A DNA stretch of 64,000 nucleotides. It comes from Patescibacteria group bacterium. GTDB taxonomy: Bacteria; Patescibacteriota; Minisyncoccia; Phycocordibacterales; JBBTRF01. Below, piece by piece: positions 9,996 to 19,811 of the stretch. The notes below the pieces were generated by a model that was given only the letters and a program-made list of their open reading frames with translations, was not told the origin of the DNA and ran no database searches. Every line of letters starts with the position of its first letter. Within the stretch, counting starts at the first letter, position 1. Position numbers and translations under genes: made by a program. The stretch spans positions 528,458 through 592,457 of the forward strand of contig JBBTRF010000001.1 of NCBI GenBank assembly GCA_038065315.1. The letters are read 5' to 3'.

Positions 9996-10974
9996 GCCCG
10001 CCGAAACGCTGCTTGAAAGTAGTAATGCCCTTCCAGGTCTTCACCGGAAAACGTTCGGAAGAGACTCCTCCAAAGTTGTATTCGGCGTAGCCGCGTCGCT
10101 TGGCCTCAAGCAGTGCCGTCCATTGTACCAACGCGGACGCAGACACATTTCGATGGGTGTCAGAAGATGCACCAAAGACGTAGGTGGCGGTCTGTCCATA
10201 TCCGATCACCACAGCGATCGACACTACCTCACCGCCATACGAAGCGAGCACTAGGAAGGCCGACTTCGTATTCTCAAGCTCAGCGAACAACGCTTTGTAG
10301 TATCCATCTGGGTGGGGTACGAAGCCGTCTCGTGAAGCAGTCTGTTGCATCAGGCGACAAAACGCATCGAGGTGCGGAAAAAAATGCTCTCCCACAAGCT
10401 GGATTGTCACCCCTTTCCGTTGAGCATACTGAATCGAGTAGCGAGCCTTTTGATGCATACCGGCAAGCAATTCTGCCTCACTCTTCGCAAGTGGCAACAC
10501 CCACTCGGAGCGTGGCTGAAGCGAACCGTCTATCAAAAAACGTGGGCATGAGGAGCCGGTGTTCAGACTCGATGCGGCTGCACTTGTCACAACAGGGAAA
10601 AGATCGAGACGAAAAAAAGCGGCGGGTGCTGTGTTGGTGACAAGACCGAGTAGGCTAAAAGCTTTCGAGATTGCCATTCTGACCTGCACATGATCTGCTT
10701 CAGCGACACACACTGGGCCATATGGCGCATACCAATACCCTCGACCGCCGAGAAAACGGACCGGGGTGAAAAAACATTGAGCGTAGGCCACTGTTTGGGA
10801 ACCATCCTTCACTAAAAAACGCTTTGCTATTTTCCCTGCAGCAAGCTGCCATCGATAATACAGATCCGACTGTGTAAACAGTGTCTCCGCACACAAAGAA
10901 AGCGGGTCAAATGTGACAGTATCAGGTAAATATTCAATCGTGTATTCACCGCGTGATCCTCCTTCGGAATGCAT
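9895..10974 (-). CDS. FemAB-family peptidoglycan interpeptide-bridge aminoacyltransferase-like protein
   Basis: 359-aa ORF of FemAB/GNAT-fold length with a glycine-rich NFGGVSS-type motif. It is co-oriented directly upstream of murE. Confidence 0.5.
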   Translation of the reverse strand: MHSEGGSRGEYTIEYLPDTVTFDPLSLCAETLFTQSDLYYRWQLAAGKIAKRFLVKDGSQTVAYAQCFFTPVRFLGGRGYWYAPYGPVCVAEADHVQVRMAISKAFSLLGLVTNTAPAAFFRLDLFPVVTSAAASSLNTGSSCPRFLIDGSLQPRSEWVLPLAKSEAELLAGMHQKARYSIQYAQRKGVTIQLVGEHFFPHLDAFCRLMQQTASRDGFVPHPDGYYKALFAELENTKSAFLVLASYGGEVVSIAVVIGYGQTATYVFGASSDTHRNVSASALVQWTALLEAKRRGYAEYNFGGVSSERFPVKTWKGITTFKQRFGGHGQTHSPIEDVVFQPFWYGVFVVRKWAKRYLHI

Positions 10975-11005
10975 ATGTGTATCTTACACTACAAGACCTC
11001 TTCGA

Positions 11006-12094
11006 CTAAAACGGATTGCGTGCACCTCGAATCTCAAAGTGAAGATGGGGGCCGGTCGATCGCCCCGTGTTTCCAACATATCCAATAATTTGACCTTGGT
11101 AGACCTGATCTCCTGCAACGACAATGACCTCTTTCATGTGTCCATAGAGAGTCTGGGTACCATTCGAGTGACTGACCACGACATAGTTGCCATATCCACC
11201 ATTCCAACCGCTATTTCGAGAAATAATCACATCACCAGCTGCCGCAGCGTAGATCGGAGTACCGCTTGGGGACCCGAGGTCAATACCATTGTATCCGTGC
11301 AAGCCCTGTGTCCTCATACCGCTGGTCGGACGTAGATAGTATCCCGGAAATTCTGGACCGTTGGTATCGTGAGCCAAGGTGGTTTTAAACGTCTTCTCAG
11401 GGATCTTCCCAGCAGCAGAAGGCACTACTACAGTCTCTCCCTCAGGAATAGTGATGATTACTCCATCAGCGATGATATCGTTCTCATTCAAATCATTAAA
11501 CAATGCGAGCTCTGAAACGTCTGTTTTGTATTTCTTCGCAATACTCTTTAGAGTATCGCCCTTCTTGGCCGTATGAGCGATGCCGGAGATCGGCAAAATA
11601 GTGAGGGTTTGACCGAGCTGGATCGATTTTCCACTGAGATTGTTAGACCAAACAATCGTATTCACTGACACGCCATACATTTTTGCAATCTGAGTGAGGG
11701 TGTCACCCTCGCGAACAGTATAGAGACTGATGCGTTGATAGAGAGGGAAATCGTCGATATTGCCCATAGTACCCAGAGGCCCACTTTCAGCGACCAAGGC
11801 ATTACCGCTGACGATCGTGATGTCGCCACCGCCACGAGCAAATGTCGGGTCAGGACTCACCTCAGCGCTCAACAAGGCCATGTTTTGAGAGTTTCGAGTC
11901 TGAAAAATGGTTCTGGGGGTGAGTTTTTCCGCCGCAAATAGGTCAGTAAAGATGGAGAAGGCTTTGGCAAGCAATGGCTGTGGAAACACAGCGATCCCGA
12001 CGAGAAAAACCCCGATAGGTACAGCGAAGCTAGCTTTTATAGAAAAAAGCCTAAATAGAGCCGTTTTTTGGGAGTTTTTAAAAATACGCTTCAA
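11006..12094 (-). CDS. LysM-domain M23 metallopeptidase (peptidoglycan endopeptidase)
   Basis: It has an N-terminal TM/signal and two LysM repeats (DTLTQIAKMYGVSVNTI; DTLKSIAKKYKTDVSEL). The C-terminal M23 signature is GIDLGSPSGTPIYAAAAG...GYGNYVVVSHSNGTQTLYGHM...GNTGRSTGPHLHFE. Confidence 0.85.
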   Translation of the reverse strand: MKRIFKNSQKTALFRLFSIKASFAVPIGVFLVGIAVFPQPLLAKAFSIFTDLFAAEKLTPRTIFQTRNSQNMALLSAEVSPDPTFARGGGDITIVSGNALVAESGPLGTMGNIDDFPLYQRISLYTVREGDTLTQIAKMYGVSVNTIVWSNNLSGKSIQLGQTLTILPISGIAHTAKKGDTLKSIAKKYKTDVSELALFNDLNENDIIADGVIITIPEGETVVVPSAAGKIPEKTFKTTLAHDTNGPEFPGYYLRPTSGMRTQGLHGYNGIDLGSPSGTPIYAAAAGDVIISRNSGWNGGYGNYVVVSHSNGTQTLYGHMKEVIVVAGDQVYQGQIIGYVGNTGRSTGPHLHFEIRGARNPF

Positions 12095-12259
12095 ATTAGG
12101 GACTAAACGTGCGTTTCTGTCATTATATGGCTCTATTAAGCCATATTCGGTATTCCTGTAGACCTACCCTGCAAGGGTTAGTATCGTCAATTAAAGTCTA
12201 TCGGATACCCCTGGGAAGTCAATGGCGCTGTCCCCATTGTCCCGTGGTATAGTATTCGG

Positions 12260-14239
12260 GTGAAACACCTCGAGAGTCTCAATTCCGAACAAAAATCGGC
12301 CGTTTTGCAGATTGAAGGACCGCTTTTGATCCTCGCTGGCGCCGGAGCTGGCAAGACCAAGACCGTCACACATCGTATTTTGCATATCGTGAAGCAGGGA
12401 ATCGCGCCGCATCAGGTGCTGGCCATCACTTTCACCAACAAAGCAGCGAAAGAGATGCGCGAGCGCGTGCTGAAGCTGATCCGCGAAGACGAAAGTCTCA
12501 ACATGCCCGTAAGCTTCGAGGAAAAACCCTTTGTGAGCACTTTCCACGCGCTCGGGGTGCATATTTTGAAAGAAAACAGCCGACTCATTGACTTGAACCG
12601 CCATTTCACTATCTTCGACAAGACCGACGCGACGAGCGCAGTGAAAGCTGCAGTCATTGAAGCCGGTCTCGACCCGAAGCAATTCGAACCGGCCAAAATC
12701 CTGCGCGTTATCTCCCGCGAGAAGGGCAATCTCACCACCGTCGAGGCGTTCACGCGCCTCACCAGCAATGAATACTTCTCGAATATCGTCGCAACGGTCT
12801 GGAAAAAGTACGAGGAGCACTTGAAGAAGGAGCAGGCACTCGATTTCGACGATCTTCTTCTCAAAAGCGCGATCCTTCTACGCGACCACAAGGAAGTGCT
12901 CGAGCGCTACCAGAGTATTTGGAAGTATATTCACATCGATGAGTACCAGGACACCAACAAAGTGCAGTACATGATCGCCAAGCTACTCGCCAGCAAGACA
13001 CGAAACCTCTGCGTGGTAGGTGACATCGACCAAAACATCTACAGCTGGCGCGGCGCAGACATCAAGAACATCATGGATTTCGAAAAGGATTATCCTGAGG
13101 CAAAAGTCGTCACGCTCGAAGAAAACTATCGCTCCACCAAGACCATTTTGGATACCGCGAATGCAGTAATCAAGAAAAACAAGAAGCGCCGCGAGAAAAA
13201 TCTCTTTACGCGCCAGGGAGCGGGGGAGAAGATCGTAATGTTTGAAGGATACGACGAAGTGGAGGAGGCGCACTTCATCGCTGAGAAGTCCAATGAGCTA
13301 ATCCGTGGCGGAGTAGAGCCAAACGAGATCGCCGTACTGTTTCGTGCCAATTTCCAATCGCGCATTCTCGAAGAGGCTTTTTTGGCGCACAGCGTGCCGT
13401 ATCAACTGCTCGGTACGAAGTTTTTTGAGCGCAAGGAGATCAAAGATGCATTGTCGTACCTGCGTGCCGCACTCAATCCGCAAGGTTTGGCCGACCTGAA
13501 GCGCATCATCAACGAACCACCGCGCGGCATCGGCAAAGTGACTTTGCTGAAAATATTTAGCGGACAAGAAGATAGCCTGAGCGGGGCAGTGCGCGACAAG
13601 ATCCAGAGCTTCCGCAATGTGTTGGCTCAAATTCGCGATCTCGCGACCCGTGAGAAGCCATCTTCAGTGATGCGCTTCGTGATTTCGGCGAGCGGCCTCG
13701 AAGCTGAGTACAAAAAGGGTACGGAGGAGGACCTTGAACGACTCGAGAACTTGCAGGAACTCGTGACACTCTCGACCAAGTACGACCATTTGCCGCCAGT
13801 GACGCTTGACACAGAAACCAGCGCGGCTTCCGGCCTCGAAAAACTGATTGAGGAAGCCGCGCTGCAGTCCGACCAAGACGAAATGAAGGAAGCGAAGAAC
13901 GCCGTGAAGCTGATGACTGTTCACGCGTCGAAAGGTCTCGAGTTTGAACACGTCTTCATCACCGGTCTCGAACAAGACCTTTTCCCGCACTTGAAACTCA
14001 GCGAGCAATCTATGAGCGAATCGGAATCAGAAGAAGAACGTCGCCTTTTCTACGTCGCTCTCACCCGCGCGAAGAAACGACTCTATCTTACCTTTGCCGG
14101 CGTGCGCACCATCTTTGGCAGTAAGCGCATGAATGTACCTTCCGAATTTCTCGGCGACATCGCCGACCACAATGTCGAAGCAGCCTCATACGAATATCAG
14201 CGACCCGCACGTACCGGACGCTCTTTCTATTTCGACTAG
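12260..14239 (+). CDS. pcrA: ATP-dependent DNA helicase PcrA/UvrD (superfamily 1)
   Basis: LNSEQKSAV...LILAGAGAGKTKTVTHRI, HIDEYQDTN and the VHASKGLEF motifs were seen. The length of 659 aa fits. Confidence 0.9.
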   Translation: MKHLESLNSEQKSAVLQIEGPLLILAGAGAGKTKTVTHRILHIVKQGIAPHQVLAITFTNKAAKEMRERVLKLIREDESLNMPVSFEEKPFVSTFHALGVHILKENSRLIDLNRHFTIFDKTDATSAVKAAVIEAGLDPKQFEPAKILRVISREKGNLTTVEAFTRLTSNEYFSNIVATVWKKYEEHLKKEQALDFDDLLLKSAILLRDHKEVLERYQSIWKYIHIDEYQDTNKVQYMIAKLLASKTRNLCVVGDIDQNIYSWRGADIKNIMDFEKDYPEAKVVTLEENYRSTKTILDTANAVIKKNKKRREKNLFTRQGAGEKIVMFEGYDEVEEAHFIAEKSNELIRGGVEPNEIAVLFRANFQSRILEEAFLAHSVPYQLLGTKFFERKEIKDALSYLRAALNPQGLADLKRIINEPPRGIGKVTLLKIFSGQEDSLSGAVRDKIQSFRNVLAQIRDLATREKPSSVMRFVISASGLEAEYKKGTEEDLERLENLQELVTLSTKYDHLPPVTLDTETSAASGLEKLIEEAALQSDQDEMKEAKNAVKLMTVHASKGLEFEHVFITGLEQDLFPHLKLSEQSMSESESEEERRLFYVALTRAKKRLYLTFAGVRTIFGSKRMNVPSEFLGDIADHNVEAASYEYQRPARTGRSFYFD

Positions 14240-14292
14240 TTTCGGGTAGGGTAAAGGGACGACGGTCGCGCTCGCGGCGCACCACAAAAATC

Positions 14293-15108
14293 ATGCATCT
14301 TCCCGCTAAAAAGTCGCTCGGCCAAAACTTCCTCAAGTCTAAAGAGGCGGTGCGTGACATCGTGTCCGCCGCCGATATTCAGCCTGGCGATAATATCCTT
14401 GAAATTGGCCCTGGAAAGGGCGTTTTGACCGAGGCATTACTCGCGAAACTCTCCACCGGTGGCCGCCTCATCGCCATCGAAAAAGACGATCGCATGATCC
14501 CGCTCTTGCGCGAAGCCTTCGCTGGCTCACTCGCTTCGGGCAAGCTCATCCTCATCCACGGCGATATCTTGGAAATGACCGTCGAAAAGCTCGCTGAGTG
14601 CGGCCTACGCGAAGGGCAGTACAAAATCATCGCCAACATTCCGTACTACATCACCGGACAGCTCCTCCGCATGTTCCTCGAGTCGGCATACCAGCCAAGC
14701 AAGATGGTGCTGATGCTGCAAAAAGAAGTGGCGCAACGCATCGTGGCACGCGACGGCAAAGAAAGCATCCTCTCGATCAGCGTGAAAGCATATGGCACAC
14801 CAAAATATGTCGCCAAAGTACCGGCAAAATATTTTTCTCCAGAGCCGGCGGTGGATTCGGCGATTCTGCTCATCGATGCCATCTCGAAACAATTTTTCAG
14901 CAAAAATCAGCTCAGCGAATCGGCTTTTTTTGAAACAGTGAAGCTCGGATTTTCACACAAGCGCAAAATTCTCGCGAGCAATTTAGAAATCCCCAGCGAC
15001 CAACGTGTTCAGACGCTTTCAGCAATCGGCCTCGAAGAAAAGGTACGGGCTGAGGAAGTCGCGATAGAGCAGTGGGCTGCACTCGCAAAAATATTTCGTA
15101 CAGACTAA
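14293..15108 (+). CDS. rsmA: 16S rRNA (adenine1518/1519-N6)-dimethyltransferase RsmA/KsgA
   Basis: KKSLGQNFL...ILEIGPGKGVLTEAL...IANIPYYIT. Confidence 0.9.
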   Translation: MHLPAKKSLGQNFLKSKEAVRDIVSAADIQPGDNILEIGPGKGVLTEALLAKLSTGGRLIAIEKDDRMIPLLREAFAGSLASGKLILIHGDILEMTVEKLAECGLREGQYKIIANIPYYITGQLLRMFLESAYQPSKMVLMLQKEVAQRIVARDGKESILSISVKAYGTPKYVAKVPAKYFSPEPAVDSAILLIDAISKQFFSKNQLSESAFFETVKLGFSHKRKILASNLEIPSDQRVQTLSAIGLEEKVRAEEVAIEQWAALAKIFRTD

Positions 15109-16565
15109 CGCCTAATACGGATATCCGCCATCACCACGCTCGGATCGGTCGATGTGTTGATGAATTCTCCGAGAGGATCAATGATCGCAGACTCCAAACC
15201 CTTCGTAGACACAATAAAGTACTTGCCAGACTGAACCGCACGCAGAAGAGTGACCTGTCGGCCGCGACGCGCCACAATGTCGGAACCAAAAATAGCATCA
15301 TTGCCACTGATCGTCACGAGATCTGCACTGGCGCGTCGCGAAGTAGCATCCGAATACAAGACCTCCGAACAAATCAGCGGGGAAATGCGTCCCAAACCTG
15401 TCTCAAACACAAAGGAGTCCACCTGACCACCACCGACCGATGCGGAACTAAAGTCTCCTTCAGAGAGAGGCAGGAGGTGGCGCTTGTGATAGAGCTGTCG
15501 AAGCTGTCCGGCTTCGATATACGCCACTGAATTGAACAAGTGTTCATCTTTTTTGCTGTGCAGACCGATCAGAAACACTTTTTTCGGATGAGCAGTCGAC
15601 CAGCCAAGTATTTTGTCGTATACCGCTTTTATTGTCGAGCTTGGCAGTTCGTATCCGAGAGGGAGCATCGTGTTTTCATCAATGACAACAAACGAAACAG
15701 CATTTTCCGGAAGCACGACAAGATTCGCCCCTGCCGCCAAAGCGGTTTCTACGGCTTTTTCATAGTAACGAAACCCGACCAAGCCCACACTTTCTTCTTG
15801 TGTAGTGAGTGTAGAATGGATAGCTGCCACCCGAACGGGATCACCGAGCGGCTCAGCATTGATTCGATAATACCCATAGGACCATATCGCCAAAAAAGCG
15901 AGTAGGCTGGCCATAAAGTGGCGCGGTCGGCGCCATTCCAAGCTCCATCGATACAAGCAGATATTCATCGCCACCGCAAAAAATCCGAGTCCGTAGATAC
16001 CGACGAGGTGCGCGAATTGTCGAATATATTCCTGCGGTGCCAGACTAATACCGAGCTCTTGCCAGGCGATGCCGCCCGGGACAAACGACCGCGCATATTC
16101 GAGGATCGTCCAACACGCCGCGACGAACAAAATCTGCACGAACCAGTGGCGAATAGGGGAGTCTTTGGCAAAGATGCGTTTGTATGCAAGTGAAAATAAA
16201 ATAAAGAACGGCACGTCGCCAATCAACGCGAGAAGAGCGAGAAATCCATAGAGAGCGAGCTCTTTGTGTTGAAAGAGCAGACTGCTTTGCTCCAGCCACC
16301 ACCATGCGTTCGTGCTCGCCAACGGAAACAGCGTGAAGATACCGTACAAAAAACCTGTCACGCCGGCACCGATGCATATCGTCCGCGTATTTTTGGCGCG
16401 ATCGATGAAGACGAGAAGCGGAATGATCGCAATATACACACACCAGCTGAGCTCGAGCGGCGGGAAAGCAGCGAGTAACAGTGCGGCTGACAAAATAGGG
16501 AGTAAAAACAACATCGTATAATTGTAACGCACTTTTGCACGAGCAGAGTGATATAATGCAGTCAC
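15105..16565 (-). CDS. lnt: apolipoprotein N-acyltransferase
   Basis: Polytopic N-terminal membrane domain followed by a C-terminal CN-hydrolase domain (VAAIHST...LVVLPENAVS...ICSEVLY). Confidence 0.8.
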   Translation of the reverse strand: MTALYHSARAKVRYNYTMLFLLPILSAALLLAAFPPLELSWCVYIAIIPLLVFIDRAKNTRTICIGAGVTGFLYGIFTLFPLASTNAWWWLEQSSLLFQHKELALYGFLALLALIGDVPFFILFSLAYKRIFAKDSPIRHWFVQILFVAACWTILEYARSFVPGGIAWQELGISLAPQEYIRQFAHLVGIYGLGFFAVAMNICLYRWSLEWRRPRHFMASLLAFLAIWSYGYYRINAEPLGDPVRVAAIHSTLTTQEESVGLVGFRYYEKAVETALAAGANLVVLPENAVSFVVIDENTMLPLGYELPSSTIKAVYDKILGWSTAHPKKVFLIGLHSKKDEHLFNSVAYIEAGQLRQLYHKRHLLPLSEGDFSSASVGGGQVDSFVFETGLGRISPLICSEVLYSDATSRRASADLVTISGNDAIFGSDIVARRGRQVTLLRAVQSGKYFIVSTKGLESAIIDPLGEFINTSTDPSVVMADIRIRR

Positions 16566-16568
16566 TCA

Positions 16569-17579
16569 ATGGCTAGATTTTCTGCAAAACACTTTTTGCT
16601 TGCCGCTGTCGTGCTTTTTCTTTTGCCCAGAATAACCCTCGCCAACGATCCGGTCTTCACTCGGACACTACGGATCGGTGATTTTGGTGCAGATGTACAG
16701 CTATTGCAACAGAAATTAAACACTGACAGCGAAACACGTGTCGCGGAAGATGGTCCTGGATCTCCGGGACAAGAGACGGCGCTGTTTGGTATGCGGACAC
16801 AGGCAGCCGTGATCCGTTTTCAAGAAAAAAATGCCGAGAAGATACTGGCACCGCTCGGATTGAGTAGCGGTACAGGAGTAGTGGGGGAAGCGACCAGACG
16901 AGTCTTGAATGAAGTGTTTGCTCAAACAAAAACTCCGGTTCTCACCACGCCAGTAACGAACACGGCACCCGCACCGACAACCTCTGCGACAACGCCTGTC
17001 GAAAAAACCGACCTGTATATCACCTTCCCCTCGAGCTACTACGGACCACGAGGTTCCAAACTCACACTCGCCGGCAACGGCTTCACCAAGACAGGAAATA
17101 CCCTTTATCTTGGCCCTAATTTCAGTATTTCAAACATACCGTCGAGCGGCGGAGCGAGTCTCACCGCGACGATTCCCAATGACGCACCATATGGCAAACA
17201 CGTCATTTGGGTGGAAAATGCCAACGGCAAGACCCTCAACACGAGCTTCTACGTCGTGACGAAAGAAGGATCTGCGCCACCGACGATCACCAGCGTCAGC
17301 CCTGAAAGCGGCCTCTATGGACAACAAGTGACCGTCCACGGCAAGAACTTCGCACCGAAGGGGAATGAGATTTTGACAAACTATCATATAATAAAAGAAG
17401 TTCCTTCTCCGGATGGAACAACACTCACGTTCTCTGTCGCGCCATTCCCCGAGATCCCGCAACTACAAGTCGGAGTCGACTTGAAGAGGGGCATCGAAGC
17501 AGCGATGACATTCTACGTTGTGAACGAGAATGGTGTAAGCAACAAAGAAAAGCCGGGGAAGTTTACGATCAAAATCTAA
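16569..17579 (+). CDS. secreted protein: peptidoglycan-binding (PG_binding_1-like) domain followed by IPT/TIG-like beta domains
   Basis: It has a signal peptide (FLLAAVVLFLLPRITLA). The motifs LRIGDFGADVQLLQQKLN and GMRTQAAVIRFQEKN make up the PG-binding domain. Repeated GNG.../NTSFYVV beta-rich segments follow. It is the first gene of the 16569-30412 single-strand cluster. Confidence 0.55.
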   Translation: MARFSAKHFLLAAVVLFLLPRITLANDPVFTRTLRIGDFGADVQLLQQKLNTDSETRVAEDGPGSPGQETALFGMRTQAAVIRFQEKNAEKILAPLGLSSGTGVVGEATRRVLNEVFAQTKTPVLTTPVTNTAPAPTTSATTPVEKTDLYITFPSSYYGPRGSKLTLAGNGFTKTGNTLYLGPNFSISNIPSSGGASLTATIPNDAPYGKHVIWVENANGKTLNTSFYVVTKEGSAPPTITSVSPESGLYGQQVTVHGKNFAPKGNEILTNYHIIKEVPSPDGTTLTFSVAPFPEIPQLQVGVDLKRGIEAAMTFYVVNENGVSNKEKPGKFTIKI

Positions 17580-17951
17580 ATGTGCGCCTTTTTTCAAAAA
17601 TACCGCCTCTCCATCGCCATCATTTTGGCAGCCTGTTTGATTGCGGGGACTTTCGTATACAGAGCCGGCGCGACTGTCGGCTTGCCATTCGGCGGATTGA
17701 TCGTGTCCACGGTGTACTGCACCTGTACCAACGCCTTCCTCATCACCATCGCCACACCGATTCCGGGCAACTATCTCTACTTTCCGGGCACTCCACAATT
17801 TGCATGGTACCAGCTCCCTCGACCAGGTGTGTGGACGCTTGGCCTCTTTGCCCCCGGCGGCGCCTGCTTGATGTTTGCCGGAAAAGCTGGGTGTGTACCC
17901 TATGCATTACAGCCTTTTGGTACAATTATGTTTGCAGGCACCTCGCTCTAG
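17580..17951 (+). CDS. small Cys-containing secreted/membrane protein, hypothetical
   Basis: 123-aa ORF starting 1 nt after the previous stop. It has a hydrophobic N-terminus and 6 Cys residues. Confidence 0.35.
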   Translation: MCAFFQKYRLSIAIILAACLIAGTFVYRAGATVGLPFGGLIVSTVYCTCTNAFLITIATPIPGNYLYFPGTPQFAWYQLPRPGVWTLGLFAPGGACLMFAGKAGCVPYALQPFGTIMFAGTSL

Positions 17952-17969
17952 TCTCTACACGAAAGTACC

Positions 17970-18863
17970 ATGAACCCTACATACAAAAAAATCATCGTTG
18001 GTGTCGTCGTACTCGCTGCCGTGGCGGGGACAGTAATGCTTGGCTACACTAGCAAAAGTATTGACCTCGGAAATGGCACCGAGAATGGGGAGGTCAGCGG
18101 TGGCGTGCAAATTCAGGCGGTCTCCAGCAGCAATTCCGACCTGTTCAAGGACACTTTCAACACTTCGGGCACCGAAAACGGCATTTCAACGACCGAATCC
18201 AAGGTTTCTGAGGCTGAAAAGAGCTTCGAGCAGCGCAATCTCACCGACCGCATCTCTATCGACCTCTTCGCAAAGTATCTCTTCCTCAAGAACAATGGGC
18301 AGGAAATCACCCCTGAGGTGCAGGAGTCGCTGGTGAAGAACGTCATTGAGGAAAATACCCAAAAGATCGAGTACATTACCTATACGGGGGCTAATCTTGG
18401 ACTTATTTCAGCACCAACAACTGAGCAGCTCAAAACCTACGGCAACGCATTGATCACTCTGGTCATCGAAAATTCACCAAAAGATAGCTCGCAGAACGAG
18501 CTCACTTTGCTTGCTACTATGGCGGAAAGCGGGGCGAATTCAGAAAATCTCGCTCAACTCAAGGCGATTTCTACGGCATATACGACAGTGGGGCAGAAAT
18601 TAGTGAAAATGACCATCCCAAGCGATGCAAAACCTCTCCAAGTCGCCCTTGCCAACGTCGCCGGACGGATCGGCGTCAATATCGCCAACTTTACCGTATT
18701 CGAGACCGACCCAGTAACCTCCATCGCGCATGTTTCGGCATATGACCAAAATGTTACCGACCTCAATACCGTACTGAAATCTTTTGGCGCCTACTTCGCA
18801 AAAAAGGGCGTTGTATTCTCCACAAAAGAGCCTGGTTATGCCTTTACCCTTCTCGGGCAGTGA
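17970..18863 (+). CDS. membrane-anchored hypothetical protein
   Basis: An N-terminal TM helix (IIVGVVVLAAVAGTVML) is followed by a Thr/Ser/Glu-rich extracytoplasmic domain. Confidence 0.4.
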   Translation: MNPTYKKIIVGVVVLAAVAGTVMLGYTSKSIDLGNGTENGEVSGGVQIQAVSSSNSDLFKDTFNTSGTENGISTTESKVSEAEKSFEQRNLTDRISIDLFAKYLFLKNNGQEITPEVQESLVKNVIEENTQKIEYITYTGANLGLISAPTTEQLKTYGNALITLVIENSPKDSSQNELTLLATMAESGANSENLAQLKAISTAYTTVGQKLVKMTIPSDAKPLQVALANVAGRIGVNIANFTVFETDPVTSIAHVSAYDQNVTDLNTVLKSFGAYFAKKGVVFSTKEPGYAFTLLGQ

Positions 18864-18877
18864 GATAAAATTGTGAG

Positions 18878-19810
18878 GTGAAGCGATTTCGCATTGCAAA
18901 TGCGGGAAAAAACGCGATATGCTTTTTTCTCCTGACTGCCATTCTCCTTGTTACCCTCGTACCGAGCGACTTACCCCTTGTTGCCCCACGAAAAGCTGAG
19001 GCGTTCTTCTTTGGATGCCCACCTGGACTATCCTCAGGAGTGGTGACCAGTGCTGCTGGCGCAAACGCTATACCTGCGGTACCAATCATTAATCTTGGAC
19101 TATTTACGGTGAACGCACAGGCAGCACTGAACACCGGCAGCATCACTGATCGAAAATGCTATCTCGACTTCATAGTCAAAACGCTCGCAAAAGCCGTCGT
19201 CCATGCACTCGTCTCTTCCATCATCGATTGGATCAATCGCGGCTTCGAAGGGGGACCGACTTTCGTCACTGATCCCGCGGGCTTCTTCGGCAATATTGCC
19301 GACCAGGAAATTGGCCGCATGATCGACGGTTCGGCACTCGGCTTCGTCTGCGACCCGTTCCGCCTCCAACTTCAGCTCTCATTCCTTCAGCAACGCAATC
19401 GCAACGTGTCACCGTCCCGATGCAGCATCACGAGCATCGTGCAGAATTTCCAAGGCTTCGTGGGTGGCGACTTTAGCCAGGGCGGTTGGCCAGGTTGGAT
19501 CTCCATGACCAGCCAGGCGCAGAACAATCCGTTCGGCTCGCAGCTCATGGCTGAAGAAATTGTTGCCGCAAAGATCACCAGTCGACAAAATACGGCAAAG
19601 GTTTCGCTCGATTGGGGCAAGGGTTTTAAATCATTGCTGTCGAGCGACGGCACGATCAAGACCCCTGGTTCGCTGATCAACGACCAGCTCAGCAAGGCAA
19701 CAGGGAACGAGCTTGACTACCTCAACCTTGCTCGAGAATTCGATGACATCGTGATCGCCTTAGCTAACCTAGGTATCAGCCAGATCATGAGTGGCGGGCT
19801 GAAAAAATAA
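18878..19810 (+). CDS. secreted hypothetical protein
   Basis: Signal/TM (ICFFLLTAILLVTLV) followed by a globular domain. It is tightly packed within the cluster. Confidence 0.4.
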   Translation: MKRFRIANAGKNAICFFLLTAILLVTLVPSDLPLVAPRKAEAFFFGCPPGLSSGVVTSAAGANAIPAVPIINLGLFTVNAQAALNTGSITDRKCYLDFIVKTLAKAVVHALVSSIIDWINRGFEGGPTFVTDPAGFFGNIADQEIGRMIDGSALGFVCDPFRLQLQLSFLQQRNRNVSPSRCSITSIVQNFQGFVGGDFSQGGWPGWISMTSQAQNNPFGSQLMAEEIVAAKITSRQNTAKVSLDWGKGFKSLLSSDGTIKTPGSLINDQLSKATGNELDYLNLAREFDDIVIALANLGISQIMSGGLKK

Positions 19811-19811
19811 G

